This document shows, piece after piece, positions 36,348 through 44,367 of a stretch of 44,367 nucleotides of DNA. The stretch comes from Gemmatimonadota bacterium. Lineage in GTDB: Bacteria > Gemmatimonadota > Gemmatimonadetes > Longimicrobiales > RSA9. Every line of letters starts with the position of its first letter. Within the stretch, counting starts at the first letter, position 1. A model generated the notes under the pieces. It had not been told where the DNA came from. It made no database searches and saw only the letters and a program-made list of their open reading frames with translations. The stretch is taken from contig JAHWKI010000001.1 in assembly GCA_019347975.1 (NCBI GenBank), positions 1 through 44,367 of the forward strand, in the 5' to 3' direction. The position numbers were made by a program, and so were the translations under genes.

Positions 36348-36704
36348 GGGAAAGAAAGTACGCGGGACGGCACATCTTTGCGTCTCATCCGTGTGGAGCT
36401 TCCGGAGCGCAGACCGGCGCGGGTTCGCTGAACACGCGTTCCCCCAACGACTTGCCGGGTCGCGACCGGACGCTCGACCGGTCGGGCCCTCCGTTTGCCG
36501 CAAGGTCCCGCCGGCGAGCACCGCCCGCCATCACAACCGAACGACAGTGCGAACAACGCTGCTCAGAGCGAAGCCGTCGAAAGGCGGTGGCGCAGAGCTT
36601 CGGGGCTAAAGCGACGATCGTCGCCATGCCAGCCGGGCCGCCAGCGAACCCCCCGGGGGGCTGGCGCGCCATCCCTCCGCGGTATCCCAATCCAGGAGGC
36701 GTCG
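36348..36704 (+). promoter_or_regulatory. Long (357-nt) palindrome-rich intergenic/leader region upstream of the membrane protein + vWA operon
   Basis: ggtcgcgacc at 36458-36467. Hairpin cgaccgg-N8-ccggtcg at 36463-36484. Perfect 14-bp palindrome gcgacgatcgtcgc at 36611-36624. C6G6 palindrome at 36649-36660. AGGAGG at 36694-36699. Confidence 0.35.
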
Positions 36705-37979
36705 ATGTTCGAGTCCCTTCTCCAGAACCTGCCGGAAGCCTGGCGCGAAGGCGCCGCGTTCCTCGCGGGGCTGGTCAGCTGGATCCCGGCCTGGCAGGGG
36801 CACGTGCTCCGCACGGTGCTGACGCCGGACGGCTCCTGGGTGGTGCTGGCGGCGTCGTGGACGCTGCTGGGGCTGCCGGCGCTGCTCCTAGTCGTCGCCA
36901 TCTGGTCGACCATGCTGTCCGCCTACACGCTCCCCTTCCGCTCCGGCCGCGGGGCCTACGTGCGGACGCTGGCGTTCTCCTGGTGGGACGCCGGACGCGG
37001 GATCGCGGTCTACTGGGCGGGCATCGTGAAGTTCGTCCTGCTGGCGGCGGGGCTCCTCTGGTCGGGGCTGCGGTACGCGGTCGTGGTGGTGCTGCGCGTC
37101 GCCGGATCGCTGTTCACGACCCCGGCGGCCGCGCTGGACTGGACGGCGAAGCGCTACTTCAAGCCCGGCGTCCCGTGGCTGGCGTTCGTGCTGATCCTGG
37201 GGTGGGCGGCGCTGGAGGCGGCGATCTTCACGTTCACGCTGCGGCCCACGATGTACGAGGTGCTCTACGACATCACGGGCGCGGCGCCGAACACGATCGT
37301 GCTCTCGGGGATCCTTTACGCGTTCCTGTTCCTGCTGATCGCCGGCAGCTTCGCGGTGATCCACGCCCTGACGGAAGCCATCGAGCAGCGCAGGATCAAG
37401 GACATCCTGGGGATGGTGATCGTCGAGCTGCTCGTGATGTTCTTCGAGGTGATCTTCCTCTACCGCGAGCTGATCGACGCCATCACGCCCTGGATCGCGC
37501 AGCAGACGGGCGGCGAGGTGCGGCTCGGCCTGTTCTCGACCCTCGCCATCGCCTCCTTCGGCTGGGTCGGGATCCGCGCGATGACGTGGTTCCTCTTCGG
37601 CCGCTACGGCACGCCCGCCCTGATGGCCATCCTCTCGCGGCAGACCCTGAACATGGGGAGCGACGCGGGTGCGCCGGTGGCGTCCGAGGCGTTCGCGTGG
37701 TGGAAGGAGATGGTGGACGATCTGAAGCGGGAGCAGGCGTGGCTCCGCGGCCAGGCGGACCGGCTGGCGGAGGCGCTGGTGCTCCCCATGCTCCAGCTCC
37801 TGGCCGCGGCGCTCAACTTCGCGCTGGTGCTGGTCAGCTCCCGCCCCGCCTTCGAGCTGCCGTTCCGCAGCCTCGAAGAGGCGATGACGCGGTTCCCGGC
37901 CCCCGGCGCGCGCGGCGCTTCGTCGCGGGAGCCGGCGGCGCGCGGGCGACTCGTCCCCGAGCCGGCGAAGGAGAGCTGA
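36705..37979 (+). CDS. Multipass (about 7-8 TM) membrane protein, no recognisable family
   Basis: The ATG at 36705 lies 5 nt after AGGAGG. 424 aa, with repeated hydrophobic helices and an amphipathic/coiled C-terminal segment (WWKEMVDDLKREQAWLRGQADRL). The track ORF starts earlier, at 36495. Confidence 0.7.
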   Translation: MFESLLQNLPEAWREGAAFLAGLVSWIPAWQGHVLRTVLTPDGSWVVLAASWTLLGLPALLLVVAIWSTMLSAYTLPFRSGRGAYVRTLAFSWWDAGRGIAVYWAGIVKFVLLAAGLLWSGLRYAVVVVLRVAGSLFTTPAAALDWTAKRYFKPGVPWLAFVLILGWAALEAAIFTFTLRPTMYEVLYDITGAAPNTIVLSGILYAFLFLLIAGSFAVIHALTEAIEQRRIKDILGMVIVELLVMFFEVIFLYRELIDAITPWIAQQTGGEVRLGLFSTLAIASFGWVGIRAMTWFLFGRYGTPALMAILSRQTLNMGSDAGAPVASEAFAWWKEMVDDLKREQAWLRGQADRLAEALVLPMLQLLAAALNFALVLVSSRPAFELPFRSLEEAMTRFPAPGARGASSREPAARGRLVPEPAKES

Positions 37980-37980
37980 C

Positions 37981-38925
37981 ATGGCCAGGCGACAGGATCG
38001 GGCCGGCACGAGCGGCGCGGGACGTTTCCTGCGCTTCACCGGTCTGCGCGTGCTGCTCCTGGGGACGCTGAGCTGCGCCCCCGCTCCGGAGGCGGAGCTG
38101 GTGCCCCGCAGCACGCTCTTCGTCGGCGTGGACGTCAGCGGGTCGTTCCAGAAGGGCGGCCGTTACGACGACGCGATGGCGTTCGCGGCCCACTACATCC
38201 ACGCTCATCTCGCGGGTGCCGGCGGGCTGGAGCAGCCGCGGGCGCTGTTCGTCGGCGCCATCGGGGGGGAGAAGCCGGGGCAGCCCCAGTCCTTCCACCC
38301 CGTCCACGATTTCGAGGGGAAGCCCGTCGAGCAGATCGAGGCGGACCTGCGCGAGTGGTTCCGGCCCAACGACAACTATACCGATTTCACCGCATTCTTC
38401 GAGCGCGCGGCCACGCTGGTGAAGCGCCAGAACCTGGTTATGGCGCCGGTCACGCTGGTGCTCCTCACGGACGGGATCCCGGACGTGGGACCCGGCGGTC
38501 CGCCCATCGACGAGGCCGCGCGCTACGCGAATATCGACATGGACGCGCTGGAGTACCTGGCGCGCAACATCACCGTCCGGGTGCTGTATCCGGATCCCAC
38601 CGTCGCGGTGCACTGGGAGCGGAGCATCCCGCGCGAGCGCGTCCGGATGTGGACGGTGGACGCGAACGTGATGAAGGGCTGGCGGGAGCAGCTCCAGGTC
38701 GCCGATGAGGCCATGGAGGCCGCGGCCGCCGTCGAGAGAGGGATTGCCGCCGCTGAGAGCGGGGGCGAGGCCGGAGCCGACGGCGCGCTGGCAGGCGACC
38801 GGGCGGGCGGCGAGGTCGCGCGGGCGGGATTCATGCCCTCGCCGCGCGAATCCGGCGAGCAGCCGGACCTCTGGCGCTGGATCCTGGACAACGTCGACTT
38901 CCGCGTCAGACGGTCGGTTCTGTAA
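37981..38925 (+). CDS. von Willebrand factor A (vWA) domain lipoprotein
   Basis: The ATG is 1 nt after the upstream TGA, with AAGGAG upstream. Signal ...LLLGTLSC. MIDAS DxSxS in LFVGVDVSGSF, and LVLLTDG. Ala/Gly/Glu-rich linker, then a conserved-looking C-terminal DLWRWILDNVDFRV. Confidence 0.72.
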   Translation: MARRQDRAGTSGAGRFLRFTGLRVLLLGTLSCAPAPEAELVPRSTLFVGVDVSGSFQKGGRYDDAMAFAAHYIHAHLAGAGGLEQPRALFVGAIGGEKPGQPQSFHPVHDFEGKPVEQIEADLREWFRPNDNYTDFTAFFERAATLVKRQNLVMAPVTLVLLTDGIPDVGPGGPPIDEAARYANIDMDALEYLARNITVRVLYPDPTVAVHWERSIPRERVRMWTVDANVMKGWREQLQVADEAMEAAAAVERGIAAAESGGEAGADGALAGDRAGGEVARAGFMPSPRESGEQPDLWRWILDNVDFRVRRSVL

Positions 38926-39001
38926 CGACGACGGCGTGGAAGCCCTCCTGAACGGAAGGCGGCTGGAACGATCCGGTGGTCTCGTCGAAGGCCGTCGTCG
39001 T
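38925..39001. terminator. 11-bp inverted repeat (acgacgacggc ... gccgtcgtcgt) with a 55-nt spacer between convergent genes
   Basis: Read directly. The long spacer makes terminator function uncertain. Confidence 0.25.
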
Positions 39002-39048
39002 CCCCGATCCAGGGATTCCGGCCCTCACGATCCGCATCGGGTCTCCGG

Positions 39049-39612
39049 CTAATCCAGGTAGTACGCGATCTCGATGCGCCGAACCACGCCATCCGCCAGG
39101 TGGAAGGTCACCGGCTCCTCGATGTGCTCTCCGCAGTCGTACACCAGCGACTGCCTCGTCCGCCTCGTCGGCTCTCCGAGGGCGGCGATGACCCGGTCCT
39201 CGGGGACCCCCACGCCGATGGCGGGATAGGCCAGGAACCGGCTCTCCGTCACCGTCACGTGATCCACCATGTCCTCTCCGCCGCCCGGCTTCCGCAGGCT
39301 GGCGGTCAGTCCGGAATAGTGGACCACGAACAGGGAGTCGACGCGACCGCGGACGTGGCGGTTCGGCTCCGTGCTGGCCACGACGCTGTCGGGCGCGCCG
39401 AACTTCCGCTCGAGACTCGACCGCACGGGCTCCACCGCGAGGATGGTGCGGGCGAGGTCCTCGCAGGCGATCTCCTCCACGGCGGCGGGCTCCTGCCGGG
39501 GCTCGGCGGGGACTTCGCCGCGCCCGCGCGCGTCTTCCGGTGGAGGGCTCTCCGGCGCGCAGGCCGCCGCGGCCGCCAGGAGCGCCAGGCCTATCAGTCC
39601 ACGTGCTCTCAT
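39049..39612 (-). CDS. Lipoprotein, unknown function
   Basis: 187 aa from the ATG at 39612: MRARGLIGLALLAAAAACAP.... The track ORF extends to 39822. Confidence 0.55.
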   Translation of the reverse strand: MRARGLIGLALLAAAAACAPESPPPEDARGRGEVPAEPRQEPAAVEEIACEDLARTILAVEPVRSSLERKFGAPDSVVASTEPNRHVRGRVDSLFVVHYSGLTASLRKPGGGEDMVDHVTVTESRFLAYPAIGVGVPEDRVIAALGEPTRRTRQSLVYDCGEHIEEPVTFHLADGVVRRIEIAYYLD

Positions 39613-39790
39613 GCTCGGGGTTCCGGTGTGGGAGAAGGTATCGGCAAGGTGCGCCGGCTCCGCTGGCGGTGCAACGGTAGCCGCTCCGGATGCCGGCGAG
39701 GACCCGCCGTGCCGCCGAGCTTGCCGGACCGTACGCTTCTTGTATCGTTCACCCGGAAACAGGCGTCGCGATGCCGCACCCGGGGGTTGG

Positions 39791-40411
39791 ATGACCAGGT
39801 ACGACCAGAATGGCAGGGACAAGCAGCAGCCCCCGGGAGAGCGGCCGCCAGGGGAGGTCGACTGGGACCATGTGGCTCAGTTCTACGACTCCGACGACTT
39901 CCTCTTCGGTTCGGTGGCGCCGTTCGTCGCCGACGGGATCCTGCTGCGACAGCCGGTGGTCCTCCTCTCGACCGCGGCCCACCGGGACGGCTTCCGCACC
40001 AGGCTCGCCCAGGCGGGCGTCGACTGGCAGGAGGCCCGCCGCACGCGACGCCTCCGCTGGATGGACGCCCGGGTCGTGCTGGAGAGCATCATGGTCGGCA
40101 GGATCCCCGATCCGGGTCGCTTCGAACGCCATGTCGGCTCGGTGATCCGGGCGGCGGTGGCCGCCGCCGACGGAGCGCGCATCCGGGCGTACGGCGAGCT
40201 GGTGGACCTGCTCTGCGAGGGGAAGGCGGAGGCGGCTCTCCGCCTGGAAGACATGTGGAACGAGCTCGCCCGGTCGCTCCCCTTCTCCCTGCTCTGCGCC
40301 TACTCCAGGGGGAACATCTACCAGGAGACCAGGGATCAGCGGATCCGGCAGGTCTGCGACTGCCACGCCCGTGTCCTTCCGTCCGAGGACGGGGTCCCGG
40401 CGGGTCGATAG
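39791..40411 (+). CDS. Stand-alone MEDS domain protein
   Basis: 206 aa from the ATG at 39791. DHVAQFYDSDDFLFGSVAPFVADGI... and ...RAYGELV... follow the MEDS pattern (from memory). Confidence 0.55.
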   Translation: MTRYDQNGRDKQQPPGERPPGEVDWDHVAQFYDSDDFLFGSVAPFVADGILLRQPVVLLSTAAHRDGFRTRLAQAGVDWQEARRTRRLRWMDARVVLESIMVGRIPDPGRFERHVGSVIRAAVAAADGARIRAYGELVDLLCEGKAEAALRLEDMWNELARSLPFSLLCAYSRGNIYQETRDQRIRQVCDCHARVLPSEDGVPAGR

Positions 40412-40590
40412 CCATCCTCTTCAGGACAGCCTCACCGCCGGATTCGCCGCTGCGGCGCGGCCCTTGCCGCGATATCGACGCTACCACGCAACCCAGGGCC
40501 CCGCGCCCGTCGGGTTGCTCGCCGCGGCCCGCCTGCCCTAGTGTGCAGCCGGACCTTCTTCCCCGTCGATGAGAGCGGATCACAGCGGAA

Positions 40591-41229
40591 ATGAAGCGCC
40601 GGACCCTCCTCGTGGCTGTCGCCGCGCTCGCGTCGTGCGGACCGGAGACCGAGCCGCCGCGCACCGTACAGCCGGGCGCGCCGGGCGAAGCATCACGAGA
40701 GGCGGACCCGCGGGCGGCTCAGCCGTCACCCGCGCGGCACACGCCCGCCGACGCGGCGTTCATGGCCGCCATGATCCCCCACCACGCGCAGGCGCTGGTC
40801 ATGACCGACCTGGTGCCGAAGCGGACGGAGCGGCAGGACATTCACATGCTCGCGGAGCGGATCGACGCATCCCAGCAGGCGGAGATCGCGCAGATGCGGC
40901 GATGGCTGGAATCGCGCGGGGAAACCGCCCCGCCGGCGGCGCACGTCGGGCACGGGGACCACGAGCCGGCCGCGAGCGAGGCCCACGGCATGGCCTCGCC
41001 GGACGAGCTGGCCCGGCTCGCCGCCGCGCGCGGGCCCGCGTTCGACCGCCTGTTCCTGGAGCTGATGATCCGCCACCATGAGGGGGCGCTCCGGATGACG
41101 CGGGACCTCCTCGCGACGGAAGGCGGAGGCCAGGAGCCGGAGCTCTTCCAGCTCATCTCGCACATCGATGCGGACCAGCGCGCCGAGATCGCGCGCATGC
41201 GGCGCATGCTGAACGCTCAACTTCCATGA
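40591..41229 (+). CDS. DUF305 family (four-helix, metal-associated) lipoprotein
   Basis: 212 aa; ALASC lipobox. Duplicated F(M/L)..MI.HH..A... and Q..EI..M..W/ML motifs. Confidence 0.85.
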   Translation: MKRRTLLVAVAALASCGPETEPPRTVQPGAPGEASREADPRAAQPSPARHTPADAAFMAAMIPHHAQALVMTDLVPKRTERQDIHMLAERIDASQQAEIAQMRRWLESRGETAPPAAHVGHGDHEPAASEAHGMASPDELARLAAARGPAFDRLFLELMIRHHEGALRMTRDLLATEGGGQEPELFQLISHIDADQRAEIARMRRMLNAQLP

Positions 41230-43052
41230 GGATCATGATGAACGACGCAGCCTCACACCCGCGGGAGCGGGCCTTTCGCATCCCTGCCCTGCTGGTGGGG
41301 GCGCTCCTCGCCGCCGCGTGCGCCGGGCCGCCGGCCGGGGGGGGACCGTCCCCCTCCGTGGACCGGCCGAGCGGGGCCGGGGACCCGCGGGTGGGGCTCG
41401 ACGCCGGGTGGATGGATGCCGAGTCGGCCATCCGGAACATGGAGCATGTCGCCAGCAGGCCGCGTCCCGAAGGGTTCTACGACGAGGCCGACCTCGGCAA
41501 CATTCTCCTCGCGAACTCCGACATGGCGTACCGTGGGAACCTGCTGTTCATGGGCAGCTTCCACGGCTTCCAGATCTGGGACATCACGAATCCGGCGAGC
41601 CCGACGCTCCGGACGACCGTGGTCTGCCCCGGCGGGCAGGGCGATCTCTCCATCCACGGCGACCTTCTGTTCATGTCGGTCGAGATGCCCAATGCCCGGG
41701 TGGACTGCGGCACCGAAGGCAGCTTTGAGCCGGGGGCGGATCCCGACCGCTTCCGGGGCGTGCGGATCTTCGACATCAGCGACATCGGGACGCCGCGGCA
41801 GGTCGGCGGTGTGCAGACGTGCCGGGGATCCCACACCCATTCCCTCGTGCCGGACCCCCGTGACGCCTCCCACGTCTACATCTACGTCGCCGGCACGTCG
41901 GACGTGCGTCCGGACGCGGAGCTGGAAGGCTGTACGGCGCTGGAGCCGGAGGAGGACACGACCTCGGCGCTCTTCCGGATCGAGGTGATCGAGGTGCCGC
42001 TGGCCGCGCCGCAGAACGCCCGGATCGTCAACATGCCGCGGATCTTCGCCGTAGGCGAGGACGTGGCGGGGCTCTGGCCCGGCGGTGCGGAGCGGGAGGG
42101 GGCGCAGACCACCGCCCGAACGGATCAGTGTCACGACATCACGGCCTTCCCTGCCTTCAATCTGGCCGCGGGGGCGTGCTCCGGGAACGGGCTCCTGCTG
42201 GACATCTCCGATCCGCTCAACCCGGTGCGGGTCGAGGAAGTCTTCGATCCCAACTTCGCGTACTGGCATTCGGCGACCTTCAACAACGACGCGAGCAAGG
42301 TCATCTACACGGACGAGTGGGGCGGCGGCACGGCCGCCCGGTGCCTCCGCAGCGACCGCCACAACTGGGGCGCGAACGCCATCTTCGAGCTGCGGGGGCG
42401 CGAGCTCCGACACCGGAGCTACTACAAGCTCCCGGCGCCCCAGACGGAGGCCGAGAACTGCGTCGCCCACAACGGCTCGCTCGTGCCGGTCCCGGGCCGG
42501 GATATCATGGTGCAGGCGTGGTATCAGGGCGGCATCTCGGTCTTCGACTTCACCGACGCGTCCCGTCCCTTCGAGATCGCCTTCTTCGATCGCGGTCCCA
42601 TGGCCGACGAGCTGCTGCTGGGCGGGTTCTGGTCCGCCTACTGGTACAACGGCCGGATCTACGCCTCGGAGATGGGGCGCGGCCTGGACGTCTTCCGCCT
42701 GACCCCGAGCGAGCACCTCTCCGCCAACGAGATCGAGGCCGCGAGCCTGGTGCAGTGGGACGTGTTCAACCCCCAGACGCAGCCCCGCGTGGCCTGGCCC
42801 GCACACCCGGCGGTCGCCGGCGCGTACCTGGACCAGCTCCGGCGCGCCGGCGCGGTGTCAGCCAGCCGGGTGGACGAGATCGCCTCGGAGCTCGACCGGG
42901 CGGTGTCGCTCGGCGACGCGGCCGCCCGGAGGGAAGCGCTGACACGGCTCGCCTCGACGGTCGAGGGGCTGCGGAGCGGCGCATCGGGGATCGACGCGCG
43001 ACGGCTCGACTCCCTGACCGGCACGCTCCGCGACCTGGCTTCCGGCCGCTGA
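41226..43052 (+). CDS. LVIVD-repeat beta-propeller lipoprotein
   Basis: 608 aa. ATGA overlap with the DUF305 stop. AAAC lipobox. Repeated ...G.L.F....GFQIWDI..P..P... type blades. Confidence 0.68.
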   Translation: MRIMMNDAASHPRERAFRIPALLVGALLAAACAGPPAGGGPSPSVDRPSGAGDPRVGLDAGWMDAESAIRNMEHVASRPRPEGFYDEADLGNILLANSDMAYRGNLLFMGSFHGFQIWDITNPASPTLRTTVVCPGGQGDLSIHGDLLFMSVEMPNARVDCGTEGSFEPGADPDRFRGVRIFDISDIGTPRQVGGVQTCRGSHTHSLVPDPRDASHVYIYVAGTSDVRPDAELEGCTALEPEEDTTSALFRIEVIEVPLAAPQNARIVNMPRIFAVGEDVAGLWPGGAEREGAQTTARTDQCHDITAFPAFNLAAGACSGNGLLLDISDPLNPVRVEEVFDPNFAYWHSATFNNDASKVIYTDEWGGGTAARCLRSDRHNWGANAIFELRGRELRHRSYYKLPAPQTEAENCVAHNGSLVPVPGRDIMVQAWYQGGISVFDFTDASRPFEIAFFDRGPMADELLLGGFWSAYWYNGRIYASEMGRGLDVFRLTPSEHLSANEIEAASLVQWDVFNPQTQPRVAWPAHPAVAGAYLDQLRRAGAVSASRVDEIASELDRAVSLGDAAARREALTRLASTVEGLRSGASGIDARRLDSLTGTLRDLASGR

Positions 43053-43063
43053 CGGCGGGCCGG

Positions 43064-43627
43064 TCAGCTCATCGGCCACAGCCAGCCGAAGACGACGCCG
43101 GTGAGGAGCGCGTAGATCAGCCCGTCCACCGTGTTCTTCAGCGTGGTGCTCCACTTCCGGCCGAACCAGATGGACTCGGACCAGCTCCCGAGGCCGTACG
43201 CCAGGAACGCGGCCGTCGCGGTGAAGCGGAAGACCTCCAGGTACTCCGCGCCCGGTCCGACGGCCCGGCTCGCCGTGTAAGCCGCGAAGATGCTCACGAG
43301 GAGATTGAAGACGAACCAGGAGCCCAGCTGCTTGCCCATCCCGGTCTGCCCCGCCGGAAGGACCGTGATCATGGCGACGGGGCCCCGCGCCACCCGCTCC
43401 TTGAACTCCGGCGTCCCCATCGCCTTCATGCTGCCGGCGTAGGGCATCGTGTAGTTGCCGGGGGGGACATTGCCCCGCCGGATCGCCTCGGCCACGCCCT
43501 CCTCGCCCGGGATCGGCGTGTAGTCGCCGGCGTGATAGCCGAGGAACATGTGGATGACCGAGCTGGCCACGAAGACCAGCACGCTGGCCAGGAGAATCGG
43601 GAGCCACAGCGAAAGCACCGTCACCAT
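43064..43627 (-). CDS. Membrane protein, unknown function
   Basis: 187 aa from the ATG at 43627 (MVTVLSLWLPILLASVLVFVASSVIH...), about 4 TM. The track ORF's upstream extension to 43894 is Arg/Gly/Pro-rich. Confidence 0.55.
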   Translation of the reverse strand: MVTVLSLWLPILLASVLVFVASSVIHMFLGYHAGDYTPIPGEEGVAEAIRRGNVPPGNYTMPYAGSMKAMGTPEFKERVARGPVAMITVLPAGQTGMGKQLGSWFVFNLLVSIFAAYTASRAVGPGAEYLEVFRFTATAAFLAYGLGSWSESIWFGRKWSTTLKNTVDGLIYALLTGVVFGWLWPMS

Positions 43628-43728
43628 CGCCACCTCACCGTGAGGGACCGGACCGTCGAACGCGAACGAATGTGCCGTGCCCCGCGCCGGGACGCCAGAA
43701 GCCCGTGGCCGGACTGGACGGGCGGCGG

Positions 43729-44265
43729 CTACCGCTCCCGGTCGAGCACTCCCCTCAGGCGCTCCGCCAGCCCCTTCCGCTCCCGGGGTGCCGGGGGCCA
43801 GTCCTCCCCGAGGACCACGGTCACGTCCAGGAGGAGCGTCGAGTCCGGAACGGTGGCGACGCTGTCGATCTCCAGCGACGTAGCCACCGCCCACGCCCGC
43901 TCCGGTGACCCGGTCCGGTCCAGCACCACCGACCGGCCCCGGTCGAAGTTCGTCGCGTTGCCGAAATAGACCACATCGAACCCGAGCCCCCGCAGCCGGT
44001 GCGTGGCGTCCCGGGCCAGCCCCGATGTCCCCGCCCCGTTCAGCACCTCCACCCGGATCTCCGCCGGATCCCCGATCGCACGCGCCGACGGCGTGACCGG
44101 CTCCGCGCCGTCCCCGCCCGCCAGCCGGGCGAAGAGCGAGACGGCGAAGGCCGCGACGAGACCCAGCGTCAGGAACAGCGCCACCGACGCGCCTCGGCCG
44201 CCGCGGCCTCCCGCGCCGACCGGCCGCCGCCCCCGGCTCTTTCCGCCCCCGCCCTTAACGGCCAT
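43729..44265 (-). CDS. LytR_C domain-containing membrane-anchored protein
   Basis: Basic Gly/Arg N-terminus, one TM, then IRVEVLNGAGTSGLARDATHRLRGLGFDV (LytR C-terminal domain pattern). ATG at 44265 or 44274. Confidence 0.7.
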   Translation of the reverse strand: MAVKGGGGKSRGRRPVGAGGRGGRGASVALFLTLGLVAAFAVSLFARLAGGDGAEPVTPSARAIGDPAEIRVEVLNGAGTSGLARDATHRLRGLGFDVVYFGNATNFDRGRSVVLDRTGSPERAWAVATSLEIDSVATVPDSTLLLDVTVVLGEDWPPAPRERKGLAERLRGVLDRER

Positions 44266-44367
44266 CCCCCACAACCCCGTTCCAGAACGCCACCGTCTCG
44301 GTGCGCAGGGGCTTCTTCATGTCCAGGAGACGCGCGATCCGCCGCGACGCCACTTCCCGGATCACGT
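44255..44367 (-). CDS. 3' end of an unidentified gene whose 5' part lies beyond the window
   Basis: Own translation: ...VIREVASRRIARLLDMKKPLRTETVAFWNGVVGDGR*, with a TAA stop at 44255-44257 overlapping the LytR_C start region. Confidence 0.35.
   Translation of the reverse strand, partial: VIREVASRRIARLLDMKKPLRTETVAFWNGVVGDGR

Noticed and set aside
41253-43969. 517-aa minus-strand and 613-aa plus-strand ORFs over the LVIVD gene and its downstream region
   Set aside because: They are off-frame or antisense to the LVIVD lipoprotein and the 43064..43627 membrane protein. Low-complexity basic composition.

Overview
Visibly very GC-rich bacterial chromosomal window with about 45 protein genes, mostly on the minus strand. 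Many genes share 1-8 nt stop/start overlaps (ATGA, GTGA, TGATG). The host looks like a diderm, judging from many lipobox lipoproteins and a small beta-barrel-like protein ending in Phe. A Gemmatimonadota-like origin is only a guess. I found no rRNA, tRNA, CRISPR array, transposase or integrase.

Layout, left to right:
- 1-12.9 kb: partial recQ (open at the window edge, so absent from the ORF track). Then an acyl-CoA block with crotonase, DUF4387, AtuA/DUF1446, an embedded nhaA, and a carboxyltransferase beta subunit. Then a split B12-dependent acyl-CoA mutase whose specificity residues look like isobutyryl-CoA mutase, plus meaB.
- 13.0-22.85 kb: the most interesting part. It is a cellulose-synthase-like locus: a BcsA-type GT2 with tandem PilZ modules and no BcsB or BcsC. 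Its accessory set is unusual: two tandem GH6 glucanases, a DUF3131-like secreted protein, two tandem 3-TM CX5R phosphatases that each carry a degenerate second phosphatase-like half, a small OMP-like protein, and a COG0170 polyprenol/phytol-kinase-like membrane protein.
- 22.9-30.4 kb: a tightly coupled phoH, 7TM-HD, ybeY, DUF502, mgtE, ubiB operon.
- 30.5-44.4 kb: aspS, vanZ-like, ptsN, rlmN. Then a PspC / RsbRD_N-like / CpxP-like envelope-stress cluster and GrpB. Then an uncharacterised multipass membrane protein coupled to a vWA lipoprotein, a MEDS protein, a DUF305 + LVIVD pair, and a LytR_C protein.

Other signals: a dispersed (TCGAAG/CGACTT)n hexamer repeat at three loci, two of them in frame inside genes. 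There is a perfect 12-bp palindrome in an AT-rich divergent promoter, and several GC-rich hairpins and palindromes.

Most long ORFs in the supplied track that lie antisense to, or frame-shifted against, these genes are high-GC artefacts.
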